DNA of 64,000 nucleotides from Laetmonice hystrix (Eukaryota): NCBI GenBank assembly GCA_965235115.1, contig OZ249440.1, positions 19,282,001 to 19,346,000 of the forward strand, read 5' to 3'. Shown piece by piece: positions 34,801 to 49,800 of this stretch (position 1 is its first letter; each line of letters starts with the position of its first letter). The notes under the pieces were generated by a model. It saw only the letters and a program-made list of their open reading frames with translations, ran no database searches and was not told where the DNA came from. The position numbers and the translations under genes were made by a program.

Positions 34801-37800
34801 TTAACACATTGTACATGGTTAGTCTCAACACAGAAATATCTGACCTTGACTTAACACATTGTACATGGTTAGTCTCAACACAGAAATATCTGACCTTGAC
34901 TTAACACATTGTACATGGTTAGTCTCAACACAGATATATCTGACCTTGACTTAACACATTGTACATGGTTAGTCTCAACACAGAAATATCTGACCTTGAC
35001 TTAACACATTGTACATGGTTAGTCTCAACACAGAAATATCTGACCTTGACTTAACACATTGTACATGGTTAGTCTCAACACAGAAATATCTGACCTTGAC
35101 TTAACACATTGTACATGGTTAGTCTCAACACAGAAATATCTGACCTTGACTTAACACATTGTACATGGTTAGTCTCAACACAGATATATCTGACCTTGAC
35201 TTAACACATTGTACATGGTTAGTCTCAACACAGAAATATCTGACCTTGACTTAACACATTGTACATGGTTAGTCTCAACACAGAAATATCTGACCTTGAC
35301 TTAACACATTGTACATGGTTAGTCTCAACACAGATATATCTGACCTTGACTTAACACATTGTACATGGTTAGTCTCAACACAGAAATATCTGACCTTGAC
35401 TTAACACATTGTACATGGTTAGTCTCAACACAGAAATATCTGACCTTGACTTAACACATTGTACATGGTTAGTCTCAACACAGAAATATCTGACCTTGAC
35501 TTAACACATTGTACATGGTTAGTCTCAACACAGAAATATCTGACCTTAACGCAACACATGGTTAGTCTCAACCCAACATGGCAACCGTTGGGGGTGTCAA
35601 ACATGCATGGAAGTCATGGGCCCGTTTTACTAAAGAGTCGAAAATAACGACGTCGAAAATTTAACATAGAAATGAATGGGTTGCTAGGTCGAAAATAACG
35701 ACCTAGCAACCATTCACTTCTATGTTAAATTTTCGATGTCGTTATTTTCGACCTTTAGTAAAACCGGGCCATGGTGTCTAAATGACACATCTGGATCAGG
35801 TGTGAAAAACACACTTTTCATGGCCCCAACAATGAAATCAAACATGAGACAAAACATTTAAGCATCTAAAATATACGTTATACCGACTAACGAAAACCTG
35901 CAGTATATTTCCTGTTATTGTAAACATTGTACATGTGTATCTAAATGTGATCAAATGCAAAACTTCAACTGAAAAAGAATCATACTATATTATCAAAAAT
36001 CTCTGATATGTCAAAACAAACTGTTAGTCAAGGGAGATAGTTCCTGGGAAACCCTTCAATCAAAGTTGTATAATCACAATAACTATGAAAATTTCCATTT
36101 CAAATGGGCAATACGGAAAAACGATCTAGACAGCATGTATGCCAGTGAAGCAAAAGAAAACCGTGTCATAATGCTATGTATAGCGGTGGCTCCGTATACT
36201 TGAGCTGAGATGGCGTGTGAAGGAAGTAGCACCCCTTGCTCCATGTACTACTTGATTACCATGACAACGCCACTAATGAAGTACCCCAGACGTGTTTCAT
36301 TAGTACCCACCACTCTACATTCTCCTCGCCCTCCTTCATGCACGTGTCAGTATTCAGTGTGAACCAGGAATATTTCGTATCATGATTAATTTTGTCTCGC
36401 AGATCCGAAACATAACATACATTCAGCCTCATGCTGTACATCAGGATTGAAGCGATTTTGAACATTTTCTTCAAACAGAGGATACCAGACATTTTTTTGC
36501 ACCCGGGCAAATATAAAGGAAGAGGAGAGATTATTGCTGCGTCAATATTCCAGGTCACGAAACATTTTGTATATGAATCTTTCCCATTGCTAATAACCGA
36601 CGTCGACTCATTATCAAAGACTCCCCTCGTCAGTCTTAAACATACTTTCAGCTGCTTAATTTCCACCGTAGTTTGATGCAATATAAGATTAGGTTAGCTT
36701 AATATGTTGTCAATGAATATCCTTATCATAATTCATGGGAGTCATTTCAACATATAAGATTTCTGGCCATTTCCTTCACGAATTCCGTTACCTTTATGGG
36801 ATATGAAATGTGATAAATTGGCCAAAAGGTAGCAATTTTTTTTCGTTATTAAGTAGTGTGATTTGGTTAACTATATCAAAAATAAAATGACTCCATGAAT
36901 GTATTAACAATTGAAAAAACAATTTGGAACAAAAATATTAGCAAAATGGGAAATAAAACCGCCAAAACATGTTGTGTAAAATTTAATGTTGCATGAGTCT
37001 TTGACAGAGAAGTCAAGGCTGCTGCAAATTTTCTAGATATTACTAAAGAAATTTCGGATGAATGTGTCTATACCTGGACGGGTGGAGGGTATTCCATACT
37101 GTGGAATCCCCCTCGAGGTGTGGGGTGCTGGTCGGGGAAAAGAAAATAACCACAACAGAATCAGCAATGAGTCATCAGTACATAATCAGGTATTCAAAAT
37201 ATTTTAGGTGGTATACAATAAAAGGATATCAAACAATAAATCTATCGACAGCGAAATTATAAGATAATCTTAAGTGTTAATTTTACTGGTCATCTTTAAT
37301 GATCTTATGGGGTACCTGCAAAACAAAACAAAAAGAGTAAGGGGTAGCATGGGTCCAACTTTGGTATATAAACATCGGGCGTCCTCACCATCCCCAGCTC
37401 CGCGTAAATGGACTTCTGTGGTGATATTCTCAGCGGGATGTACTAAATGACCTCCCTTGCCCCAACCCTTCACACAATATGATCCGGACTTCGTTCACCC
37501 CGCTCATATCGCAGCTTGCCGTCTAAGTTCCACTGCGCACCGACAGGTGGCTCTGCCATCACCCCCTGTGGGTGGCCGGCTGCACGCAGCGCCGCCTGTG
37601 GTCTGGTGGTAAAACACGCTGATTGAGCCTTACCGAGCCGGAACCAATCCCAAGGCTGTGTTTAGCCAAACCCGGGCCTACTTGAGTATGTAACCCGTGA
37701 GCTAGCCCGCCTGGTATAACTGACACGGCCAGCTCCAAGTGGACACACACTACCTACTAACTATTGTCGCCATATTTCAAAAAGTTCTATATAAAGCTTC

Positions 37801-40800
37801 ATATCGCAGGCGGTGGACTTCAATTATTTTAGAAGAGGCCAAACCTTGGACAACTAAAGTCCAACTGGCCAGTCTATCAATGGTCAAGTTTAGGTCTACC
37901 TCAGCCACAGGCCCAGAAAATATTATAGAGAACTGGCTCTGCACAGCGATTCTTTCTCTCACTCTGTGTAGGCCGATACTGCATGGAGTCAGCCCATATG
38001 TGGGGTACATTTTCAAATTCTCCACAAGCCATATTATAAGATTTCGAACCACAACTGTGTAACTATATTGCCTGACATATTGTCCAAGATAATTGTCAAG
38101 ACCGAAAGTCCAGTCTAACGTTTTTTTCGAAAGTACGTTGGACCTTTTGGACCTTACCAGATTTTGGTTAGGGCATGGGCTCCCTTTGCCCCCCCCCCCC
38201 CCCGCTGCGGGACTGACTGTCTGCATACGTGTCTAAACCATGCAAACTCATGGGTATAAATTATATAGATATCTGGGTAAGCCTATGGAAAAGCCCCATG
38301 CAGCGTCCGATATCTAACAAAGCGATCAGGGAATGATGTGTCTGCTCAATGTATCCTCAGAGACAGACAGGTTACGAGGGTACTAAGAAATGACGAGGTG
38401 AGGATAGTGTCCGCCAACAGCAGGGCAGCAGACGGCCGCCCGCTGGGAGAGGTTCCCGCCGGGCCCGGCAGAGCTGTCCGACCGCATGCCGTCATATTTC
38501 ACGGACCACTGGCGCCCTCTGCTAACTCTGATCCACTCAAACCTAAGCAATAAACCTACGCAGACTCCCAGATTTTTTTCTCTTGTTCAGTTATGTCCTC
38601 CTTAAGACAAACTTTTCCTATAATAACTTCCACCGTATACCTTACATAATACGGTGTCCGTAATTATCTAGACCTCATGAAATCTTACAACCCTCCCCCT
38701 CCAAAAATTACAAGTATATATAGGCATGACTGTCCTTCATCGCGCATGAGGTAAAACAACTTCAAAAGTCTTACATAATAAAGATCAGAGGCCGACGTGC
38801 TGCTAACCTCTACTAAAAGTCTCCGACGCTTATGCCGCTCCCTGTCTAGTGTACCCTGTGAACCAGTTGAAGCTGGCGCCTACCCGCACTCATGATGACT
38901 GCAGCACCCCCTACTGCCGCTCCCCCTGGTGGCCGCACTCAGATCTACCTCTGGGTATCCCTGACAGTTCTACCCCCCTCATCCCATTCACACCTCCCGA
39001 TTCGAAAGTTGCCCGTCAGAGAACGAAATCGGAGCGGGGATACATCGACATTGGCGACGCCTAGCGCTGTAAACGCGTACCACGTCTGGTAGGAATAGAG
39101 GCGCCTCACAGAGCCAGAATCGAGCCACAGCTGTGACCTGCCAGAGAGAAAACTTTCAAATTTCAAGACTGCTGCCGTCCTTAGTGCTCCACCCTATTTA
39201 TCCATCTTTGTATCCAGTGTCAGACAATCCACAAGCCGCCTCATCAACCACACTCTCAGTGACCTCCCTCGGCGGCGGCGGTGGGAGCGGCAGCCCCCGG
39301 GATTCCTCACTACACGGCCCCGGACGGGTCCTCGTTCGAGGCCGCCCAGCCGATGGTCGGCGCCCGACACTCGAGTCTCCGTGGAGCCGGGAGAAGTTGA
39401 ACGGTGGCCCGACGATGAAGGCCGTGCCGCTGCCTCGACCCGTGCCTCACCATCACACACTCCATCTCTGTCTGGTTATCCTCAGTACCTTTCTCCTTCA
39501 TACCACAGGTAGGTATAGACCTGCCGTGCTCACTACTCACCCGCGAGGTCAGCCCACCTATATCTGACACCTGGTACGGACTCCTGTCCTCAGGTCAACA
39601 GTGGGCGGGCACAGGGTCAAGTTAGGGGTGGCGACTGACTGTCAATTCTACCGTTATTACACATCATGTATAACAGATCTAGCTGATCAAATTTAATTCC
39701 TCTGGATAAGCTTTTTTCCATGCCATCTAAGTAGTAATACATGCATCCCACAATACTCAGAACTTTCTTTGCAAACTCGGAGAATTTTACTCCGCTCTTC
39801 AGTTCTGATGCGTTCTTAACTTTATGATGTGTTATAATATTAAAAGGTTCAACATCACTCTAACTCCTCTCGCACAAACCTCCCGCTGGAAATTCTGCTA
39901 AAAACCTCGAACCGTTCGAAGCCGTAGAAACTGAAATCGCCACACAAGTAGTTGAAGAATTAACACCGTATAACAGTCATAATCTTGTTACTGAATCGAG
40001 TGATTATAATTTAATCCAACCAATCCACTGAGTGGTCTACTCGTCCAAGCCTGCGATCTCAATGGAATCCGGTGAATTACCATCCGGTAACTTTTTTATT
40101 GTTACTCTCCTCACCCAATCACAGCAAAAGATAGCACTCGATCTCACTGATCTGAAGTCATCAACTTGAGGTTTGATTGAACAGAAACCAATCCACTACC
40201 AGAGCTCCTGATCCACAATTATCGAAACAATCAAATACCGGTACAATCCTGTAGGATTGTTCCAATAAAAACGATTAGATCAAGGAGTTCTGTTCCCGAG
40301 AAGCGAACCAAAGATTATGCCAATTCCAACCCAAACTCTCTACTGGTTCTGTATGCTTGGAGCAACAGCCAAACAAATACACGACGTCGCATCTCTCCTG
40401 CTTCTTATCGCTGTGACGTCCCTTCACCTTCCTTCATTACAGTTTACTTTCACGCCCACCTCATTTTAGTAATAATTCAAGTTTAACTCGAGAGTGAAAA
40501 CAGCAAAAACAGCCGTTCTTTATGTCTTGTTGTACATGTCATGTCGGTTAACTGGGGTTATATGTTTCTAGAAGTAGTAACTTTTAAAAACATCTGGACC
40601 AACGAGTCGGGAGAATTGAGATAAACTCCTACTCTTATTCTTGAAATGATCTTTCAGACACTTTTCTTTATGTAAACGACCACTGGTACATAACTTTTGG
40701 TGTTTACCTTAATAAAATATAGGCGGGTTTTCGGGACGCTGACACAAACTTAGCCGTGTCAGGGTGACCGTGAGCACCTTCATACTGCTGGTATCTGAAC

Positions 40801-43800
40801 CCCCTAGCATACCTTCCTTGTGGCCGTGTCAGGGTGACCGTGAGCACCTTCATACTGCTGGTATCTGAAACCCCTAGCATACCTTCCTTGTGGCCGTGTC
40901 AGGGTGACCGTGAGCACCTTCATACTGCTGGTATCTGAACCCCCTAGCATACCTTCCTTGTGGCCGTGTCAGGGTGACGGTGAGCACCTTCATACTGCTG
41001 GTATCTGAACCCCCTAGCATACCTTCCTTGTGGCACTCACGTTTGTTGCTTCACGATTGGGACAATGCGGATTATCACACTCTGGCCTCATGAGCCAAGA
41101 GGATCTGAACTGACTCTCAGGCCAGGCAAGCTTCCACCACATTCTCGCGCTTTAGATTTCCCTAAAAACTTATTTTTTTGAGGACACACTGAAAGTTGTT
41201 TACCCGATAATCTTGCAGCTGGCTAAGATTGAAACACTAAGAACGCTGTCAGCAATATTACCCTAATTCCGTATGTATGGTGCGAGTGTGTATTATGGGA
41301 GCCGTAATTTTATGGCTAGGGAGGAAGGCGAGCTAGTGTATTTATGATCATTATACGATCACCATGGTAACTGCTGTTTCCCCCTTATCCCGACAATCTT
41401 CACTGACAACCCGGACACGGCTCAGGATCACATGTCGTCATCATGCTGCAGTCATATGTTCCATGTCATCACGTTCTAATCATGTCTCACAAAACATGTA
41501 ATGAAGTCAGGTTAATCAAGTTCTGATCACAGTGCCTGGTTGGACTGGGCTGTGAGCGCCGCCCGGTACGACATGAACCAACATCTCAATGAAGACACCC
41601 TCAACAACTCGGACTTGGCGTAATTCGATGCCGGCGTGGGGAGGTGTGAAAATTCCTCCTGATCTAACCAATCTGCACGTCCATTCATGTCAAGTTTCAT
41701 GTTTTACCATGCTTAACCAAATTAACTAGGTTTCTGACTGGCAAAGCTATTAGATTTGCGGTGGCATTGTTTGTGAAGACGAACCGCATTGTCTGAGCCA
41801 AACAAGGGAAATCTATCGTGCGTTTTACGGTTTGTGCGTCGTTCCTTACAACAATAGAAGCACACGCCAACCATGACATGGGCCCTCAGTCCTCCCCGTC
41901 ACTGTGACTTCTCTGCCTCACCAAGCACACTTGGGGACACAATGTACCCGTCACATAAAGGCGGTATCGTATACGGTAACGACGTCAGGGTCACCAACAC
42001 ATATTATATATAGTCCCCATACAGTACGTATTATATAACGTAACTTCTAGAGATTCTTCCAGGTACCAGACCTCCCCAGAATGTAATGCCAATATCATTA
42101 TACTACGTGTTGTGTTATGCGAACGATACCATTTTCTTGCCAAGTTACATTCTAGCTTCAGCTCTCACCGCGCTGGGTGCTGCCAATATTGACCTTGGAG
42201 AAAAGATCACGTGTCATTGACTTCCAAGTCAACTTAAACGTACCCCTCGCCCCCAGCAGCAATCACGGAGACTTCCACTTGAAAAACCTCAAAGATCAAA
42301 TCCCGTACAACAAGTACCCCAGCCAGCGCGTTACCCTGGCAACAGTTTGAAATAAAGGCCAATATTAACGGCCAATTAGACTGTTACCATAGATAGATTG
42401 GTATCCCACACCGTCAAAGGTTGGACTGTTTTCTTTGTATACTGTACGCTTGGCTCCAGTTCGGGCGGGTTACCCACTTGAAAGCAGGGGTCTGCAGCTT
42501 AAGAAAGCCGGGTGAACTCCTGGCGGCGGTTTGTACTGGAGATCGGGATTATCTTGGTCATGCTGTGTCACAGCTGCTCATGTGTCTCCTAGCAACAGAA
42601 ACAACCTGCTCCAATGGTGGCTAACCTGCCAAATTCAACAACACCATGTTCCACTCCAATCCAAACTGACCCTTGGCAGTCGACAATTGTTCATCCAGTT
42701 CATTGGACTGAACAGAAACAAGATATGATCTATGATCCTAGGATCCAAGTGACGTTTCTAGCCATGTTAAAAAAAGGCTTGAACATATTTTATAGGATTC
42801 TAAACTCACAATGCTTACCATTTTATTCTACAGCACTTCCCTATCCTCGCCTAAAGAGTATTGGGGACCATTTTCTGACATTCTGTTTGACACACAGACT
42901 CCACAGTTTTCAAACTTTCACGTCTCATGTTGTTATCTCAGTCCTATCCTCCTTCTGTTCCGCTCCTCTGTCTTAGCCAATTCAACCACTGATTTTCCAC
43001 CTCCTGACGTATATAAATATAAACGTCAACAGAACGCCCCATTCATCATTCGCCATCTGTGGAAGTCAAGGCTTGTTTAACACCTGAGGGGTGTGGGTGG
43101 GTACACCGCCCTGTGGTGGGGTACACCGGTCGGTCGGTGGGGGGCAGGGCTGGTAGATGAAGATAAACGTACCACCCTACAACTTCACTTCGGCATGACG
43201 CCTTCAGACTCTGCTAGATCTCCTACGATGGAAGGTTGTGCGTTTAACATCTTTCTCATCTTCAACATCCCTCTCCTCTCTCTCGTAACCGACTGTAATG
43301 TAAGTTTGAGCACACCAGAATGCTCTCGTCAGTCTTCTGTATATCAGTCTTCTGTATATCTGTACTTATATGCGATAAGTTATATCGTATTAGTCCTCCC
43401 CTCAAAAAGTATTCAAAACAAAAATTGTTTTCCTAAATTGCCATAATTTTACTTTTAAAAGGAGGAAGTTAGCGATTATTTGAGTACATTTTGAGCGATC
43501 CTTTTCATGTCACCTGGGTGGAATCCTTCCGGTATCTTACCTCCGCGGCAGCCGACACGCGGCCCGACGGGCCGTGGGCCGACGGCGGGCCGGGGCCGAC
43601 GGGCCGCGGGCCATCACGGGGTCCCTTGCTGCACCCCCGGTGCCTAATTAGCGCCAAAGATGCTGGTCTATATTTCCCAGCTGTCTGTTTTGTAAACATC
43701 CCCGCGGTAACCAGACCGGGGTATATGTCATCCTGCTTTCAGCCTTCTGTATTTCATATCCTGTGTGTTCCGGGAGGCCGTGAAAGACTGGAAGTCGGCT

Positions 43801-46800
43801 GTTACACGGGGGAGGGGAGGGGGGAGCCTGCTGCAGCATCCTAACCCTCTCACAGATGTGCAAAACTACGCCGCAGGAACTGAAGCTCGAATTATTTGCA
43901 CTGCCCAGAACTAAAGCTCGAATTACTTTTGGTTTCTATGCCATGTACCATCTGCCCGTAATAACTATTCTCCCCAAATCTAATACGAGTGTATGTAAAA
44001 CATTTAGTATTCAACATTATTTTCAGACGAATGGTTTTTTAAATAATTTTTTTGTTATATGCCTGGAGCAAATGATACTGGAAGTATACTCAGAGAGTGT
44101 TAGGTCTTAGAACACCGACTTCCATCTCTGATATGCCCCCCCCCCCCTACCACACACACACAAACCTTGTGATCTCCTTTGGCCCCCCACATCCAGAGAA
44201 AGAGAAAGAGAAAGAGAGAGAGTGATCTTTGAGCTGGACCACCAGGTGTGTTCTCCATTATCGAGACAGACCTGTCGCTGCAACCCCCCCGCCCCCCCCC
44301 CCCCCGTCACTCGACACGACTGACACAGCGCAGTTCTGCACACCTCAGGGCACGGCAACCCTTTTCGCAATTGAAGGTTTCAGAAAAATACTTCCACCAT
44401 TATTATTGTACCTCACCATCTCAAGTGGTTTTCAAGAGCAGCAATGAAGGTGCTTTACTCTGAGTGGATTGAGGAATGACAGCGGCACGACCTTGCCCGG
44501 TGAAAGGGAGATTCACACCAGCCGATGCGTTCAATGTACCTTTACAGGGGAGGGTTCCACTCTGGGTATGTAAGGAGTGTAAGACTTACTTGGCACATCA
44601 ATGATTTCGTGTTACACAATGCGTACTGACATGACCTTCAGATGACGTCCACACCCGCTCTATGTTTCAGACTCAAGGCCGAGGCAGGTCATATGCCCCA
44701 ACGGGTTCCTCCGATTCTTTCGTTCGTGTTACAAGTTCAGCGGGATGCGAGCGTCATGGTTGGATGCTCAGGGTTACTGTCTGGCCATGGGAGCCAGCCT
44801 CGTCACCATCGAGGACCGTAACGAGATGAAGTTTCTCGCCAACTTCATTCGCCATCACAGAGGTAGGATGAGCCGGGTGGATGGGGTGGGGTATTATATC
44901 TAACGGTGATGTATACCTCCTGCTACTTGATGTCATCCTGGCGGCTGTCTGACATAAACACCCTCTCTTTGATCTGCCCCTTAGCCCCGACAAAAACTGC
45001 AGAATTTAACCCAATAAAACACGAACCTATCCACTAAGGTCGGCTTCCAATTTTTACCACTCCTTATTGGTAAATATCAAATGACGGAATTACACTAATA
45101 AATGAATTTTTATTTAATGAAGGCGAATTTAAGAAATGATACATGTTCCGGGTCATATGTTACTAACCCTATAGAAGGATATAATCTGTTTATCTGCATT
45201 TTTCATTGACATATGGGTACGTCGCCTGGTATGTCTGCTTCAGAAAACTCTACATACTACTGTGTATAATACCCAAACCCTCCGAACACATTCCGAAATG
45301 AAATATTTGCTGTAGCACACGTTATATGTTTACTGACAGGCACAATGCTACCATCTTACCGAGCTGCCTCAGAAAACCCCTGCCAAACAGCACCACATTC
45401 TGACGAATATTTGATCAATCACGCTATAATAAGAGGCTGAATATGTTGCACATATAACCAAGGATTACGGCCGATTCCCCACATTACACATAGCGCGTCA
45501 GCCGTGGCCTCTCCACATACCCGGCTACTGTAATTGCCGTTTTCTCTCATCAACAACCTTATGCCCAGCCAGCAAATGTTGTATTTTTATCTTCATCTGA
45601 TCCTTTTATCTGTCTATTCATCAACAAAATCCATACCAGGTGCCACGTCCCCACGCTTACCCCTAACCATGGTTTTTTTAACCCTCGCCCTACCTCCACC
45701 ACTATGCTATGTGATAACCTAATACACAAGATTAAGTTGTTATAGGGTCGGTGGCGATCTTCCCTTACCACAAGGGTTCTCACACTGCACACAGCATGTG
45801 TCATTAATCATTCCAGCATCACTTTACAATATGAAGATCTTTGGAATGAGATCAAGGAAAGTCCAGGTTTGAGTTACCAAGTTGGATATCCTGATCCGGG
45901 GAGAGTATTTAAAAATGTATTTAAAAATTATTTTTCAGTACCGTAGTATTCAAAACAAAAAGAATGCCTGTAGATTCATACAAGGGTAAATAACGACGTG
46001 AATATAACGTTGTCTAATATACTTTGTGAAAACTTCTAATACACAGTGATTGACACACTCATCAGTGGTTGACACACTCATCATGGTAAATTGTATATTT
46101 CAGCTGATTCAGTTTGAGACAAAGGTGCGAGGGGGGTAAGGCGATATTATGAGTTATGGCAACCACTAATATGATCTTCCTGCATTCCTACCTCATCCAC
46201 CATACACAATCCACCTTCATTCATCCTACATTCCTGGCCATCCCTTTCCTACTGCTAGCTTCTTTACATCACATCTCATATGATATTTGCTGAAACATAA
46301 ACTAAATTTATTACCATGGCAACCTAGTTATGTCAGTCGCAGACCCATCCTCAAAATCTAATCTGCCTGCAGTGTTCATGAAAAACACCGGGCAGTCCTG
46401 AATAACTTTAGATATAACTACTTATCAATTCCTATCACCCATATTTAGTCAACTCCTATAAACCAAGGGAAGCAGGGCCCCAAAAAACAAAACCTTGGCA
46501 ATATGAGATTCTCTTGGTAGGTTTCCGTTGGAGGTTCTTTAACCCCCAACTAGGAGTGGCAGAATTCCCCGAAGGTATTTACACGGTAAGGCACCTTCCA
46601 GAACAATGTTCACAAGTTTCTAGGGCCGGGGCAAACAAGGGGTACCGGTACATCAGGGCAGGGTGTAGCCAAGAATGTGGAGGTATGTACACTAATCCCA
46701 GTACAGTGGACGGTATACTGAAGTATTATAGTACGAAATGTATTATAGCTAGGTTCCATTCGGATCCAATCATGCAAAGAGGGGGTGAATTTGGGTCATT

Positions 46801-49800
46801 CATATTTGATTTTAATTCAAAGTAGCACCAGCCAATGTTTTTAAGGTTTGGTAATCTTATTTTACGAACACAAAATGACCACTTTAAACTGTATTTGAGA
46901 AATAGAAAGGTCGGGAATATTAAAATAATAATTTGAAGCAGAAAGTGTGACCAACTAGTAAGCCTAAAGTTGACTGCGTATAAATGATACAAACTCAGAC
47001 ATACATTTTTCCTGTTAACTTTCAAAGATTTCCTCCCGAATTCCTAGCCCCTACAGCCATCATGCCATTGAATCGTGCTCCTTCATCACCCAGGATACAT
47101 TATTTACAAGTGATGGCAACCTTATCACATCCAAATATCTTGATGGTTTCTGAGTTAGCCGGCAGGAGATAAGAAGGCCAGGTCAGTTAAGTCAGTAAAG
47201 ATTACTTGCTAACCTCCCTCACTTGGCTGCCGACTTCGTCCACTTTTCCAATTATCACCCTGCACTGTACCAATTAGAGCATCTCTTTGAAAGCAGTTGG
47301 ACGGAATTCCAAACTCAGCAGTCCAGAGCAGCTAATTGGCAGGTCTGCTCAGAGGGTGTTAAATCACGTTGTCAAGTAGTATTCCTTCAGAATAACACAT
47401 TGGCAACATTTCATAAATAATCATATTGTTTACAACGCCAGTCACGGAGTCTGAAGAAGCTGACTCTGGCTTTATTTTCAAAAATACCGGGTTTGCCGGT
47501 ATTGTTAGCGAACCAAGAAGACCCTGTACGCAAGATTTAGTTACTTTTACACAAGAAAAACTGTTAACCTTCAAGTGTATCAGATGGTCCCTCAATCTGT
47601 CATGGAGCCACTCCAAGGGAGGTTAGTCCGTAAGAAAAAAACGTTTTAGAGGTACAAGGTACAAACAAAAAATATTAACTTTGAACCGGAACAAGTATTA
47701 CCTCTGACGGTGCACTCGCATCATGTTAAAGTAAAAACATCAATGTGACACCAACAAAGTTTCTCAAATATACAAGTCAAAGGCAGGTGCTCGGTAAAAT
47801 AACTTGCTTAAATTATCAGTCCATCAACAATATAATTTACAAAGTCACAGAAACCTTTTTTTCCTGTAAATATGGATTTGATAAACTACTAACTTGGCTG
47901 CATGGCGCTCTCTTTGCCGTTCATCCTTACAGAAACTCTCAAGCACATCACAGATACGCTGCTCTAAAACCGTCTGGATTTTGAAATTCAATATATATCA
48001 AACGGACTAGACTTAAGCTGAATATTTTTTAAAACCCACTTCCAATTCAGCAGCACTACCATCACTTTTCACTCAGCAGCAGTATCTAAAACGGTCAGTT
48101 TTTGGGCCTGTGATCCAATGATGTTGCATGGTAACTCGATCACACTGATACCTTGTCCCTGCTTCATTATCATTCATGGACCCCTTACTCCATCATCCAT
48201 TTCCATCATTTAATGTCTCCATAACATTTTACGACAGATTCACGACTCAAATCAAGCCCATCAGTTCATTAGCAATTATGAATATGATTATCCTTGTTGT
48301 ATTAATGTCTATAGTTCTGGCTGAGGTCAGCTGTCACAGAAACCCGGGTTATCTAAGCACAAAAGCTCAATATCCTGCTATGATTCATCATTTTGGGGCA
48401 CACAGAGATTAGACTCCATAACATATCGGGTGCTGTGTGGGAAAAGTGAGGGGAAAACATTTAAAAAAAACCTTAGTAAGGGGGAAACCACAATTCGTAA
48501 AACTAAAATCGGGGTACTAGCGTTGGGTAAAATACTATCCAACATTTCTTCTAGCTTTATCAAAAATCTGATAAATCTGAAGGCAAATTCATGAATGAAT
48601 AATCTCGCCTTTTCTTACTTTGGTTTTTTCTTGCAGAGCTCTTTTCGCTCAGTTTTTGGACGGGGGGCAATGACATCGCCAACGAGGGCGAGTGGCGCTG
48701 GACGGGCAGCCTGGCCCCGTATACATACACTCACTGGTATATGTACCAGCCGGACAATGGCCGTAACAACGAACATTGCATGGAACTGGAGAAATCCTTT
48801 CACTACCAATGGAACGATCAACCCTGCCACCTTCAGAACCACTACATCTGTGAGATTTACATGTACTGAGGGAATGTCAGCTGGGGAGAGTTTGAAACCC
48901 ATCATCGAGGATTACATCTGATTACCGTAACAACCTGACTGGCTGTTGCTACTGCTAACTACTGCAGGATATTTCTCCAAACATTAGCAACGCCTTCTAA
49001 TGAGAATATAAGTTATGGTACAATGGCAATGAAGGGGCTCGCATCCATTCATGTAGACCCTTTGATTAAAAAATATAGATGTATTTAAATATGACCGCTA
49101 TAGGATTGGTAAATTACTGTATGATGAACACTCATGTCAGGCTAAACCAAAGACCCCTTGATCAATGTATCAATGATGTACCCCTGACGTATCACAAGTA
49201 TTTGACAAAACATCCACGTAGACATCTCGTTAACCTGTCCCCAACCGTCAACAAGCAAACTTTGGTTTTCACGATTATCGTGGCAGACTGGCTTGTCTAG
49301 TACCCAGTACGGTTCATGGATCACAATGGTTGGTTTTCACGATTATCGTGGCAGACTGGCTTGTCTAGTACCGAGTACGGTCCATGGATCACAATGGTTG
49401 GTTTTCACGATTATCGTGGCAGACTGGCTTGTCTAGTACCGAGTACGGTCCATGGATCACAATGGTTGGTTTTCACGATTATCGTGGCAGACTGGCTTGT
49501 CTAGTACCGAGTACGGTCCATGGATCACAATGGTTGGTTTTCACGATTATCGTGGCAGACTGGCTTGTCTAGTACAGAGTACGGTCCATGGATCACAATG
49601 GTTGGTAAATGTAGTCCTTTAGTGTTCAATGCTGTCGGTAGTCGTAAACTATGTCTATCATCATTTCTATAGTTTTCACTTGAACAAGATAGATTGTTCT
49701 GTTCCTATTATTTTGTCTATGTGTAATTATCTATAGATTATATGTTTGATGTCACATAGATCTGCCTGTAGTTTTGGGTAGACCACTAAGTAAAGGGAAG

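Noticed and set aside
34631-35572. Regular repeat arrays (also 20713, 27812, 40753, 49263) as CRISPR-like arrays
   Set aside because: The units are contiguous with no unique spacers, there are no cas genes, and the context is eukaryotic intron.
38849-39064. GC-rich ORF ending [14 protein letters not shown]
   Set aside because: No recognisable domain. It may be UTR of the nested transcript.
41533-41624. Possible plus-strand terminal exon [29 protein letters not shown]
   Set aside because: Could not be linked in phase to any upstream exon; no recognisable domain.
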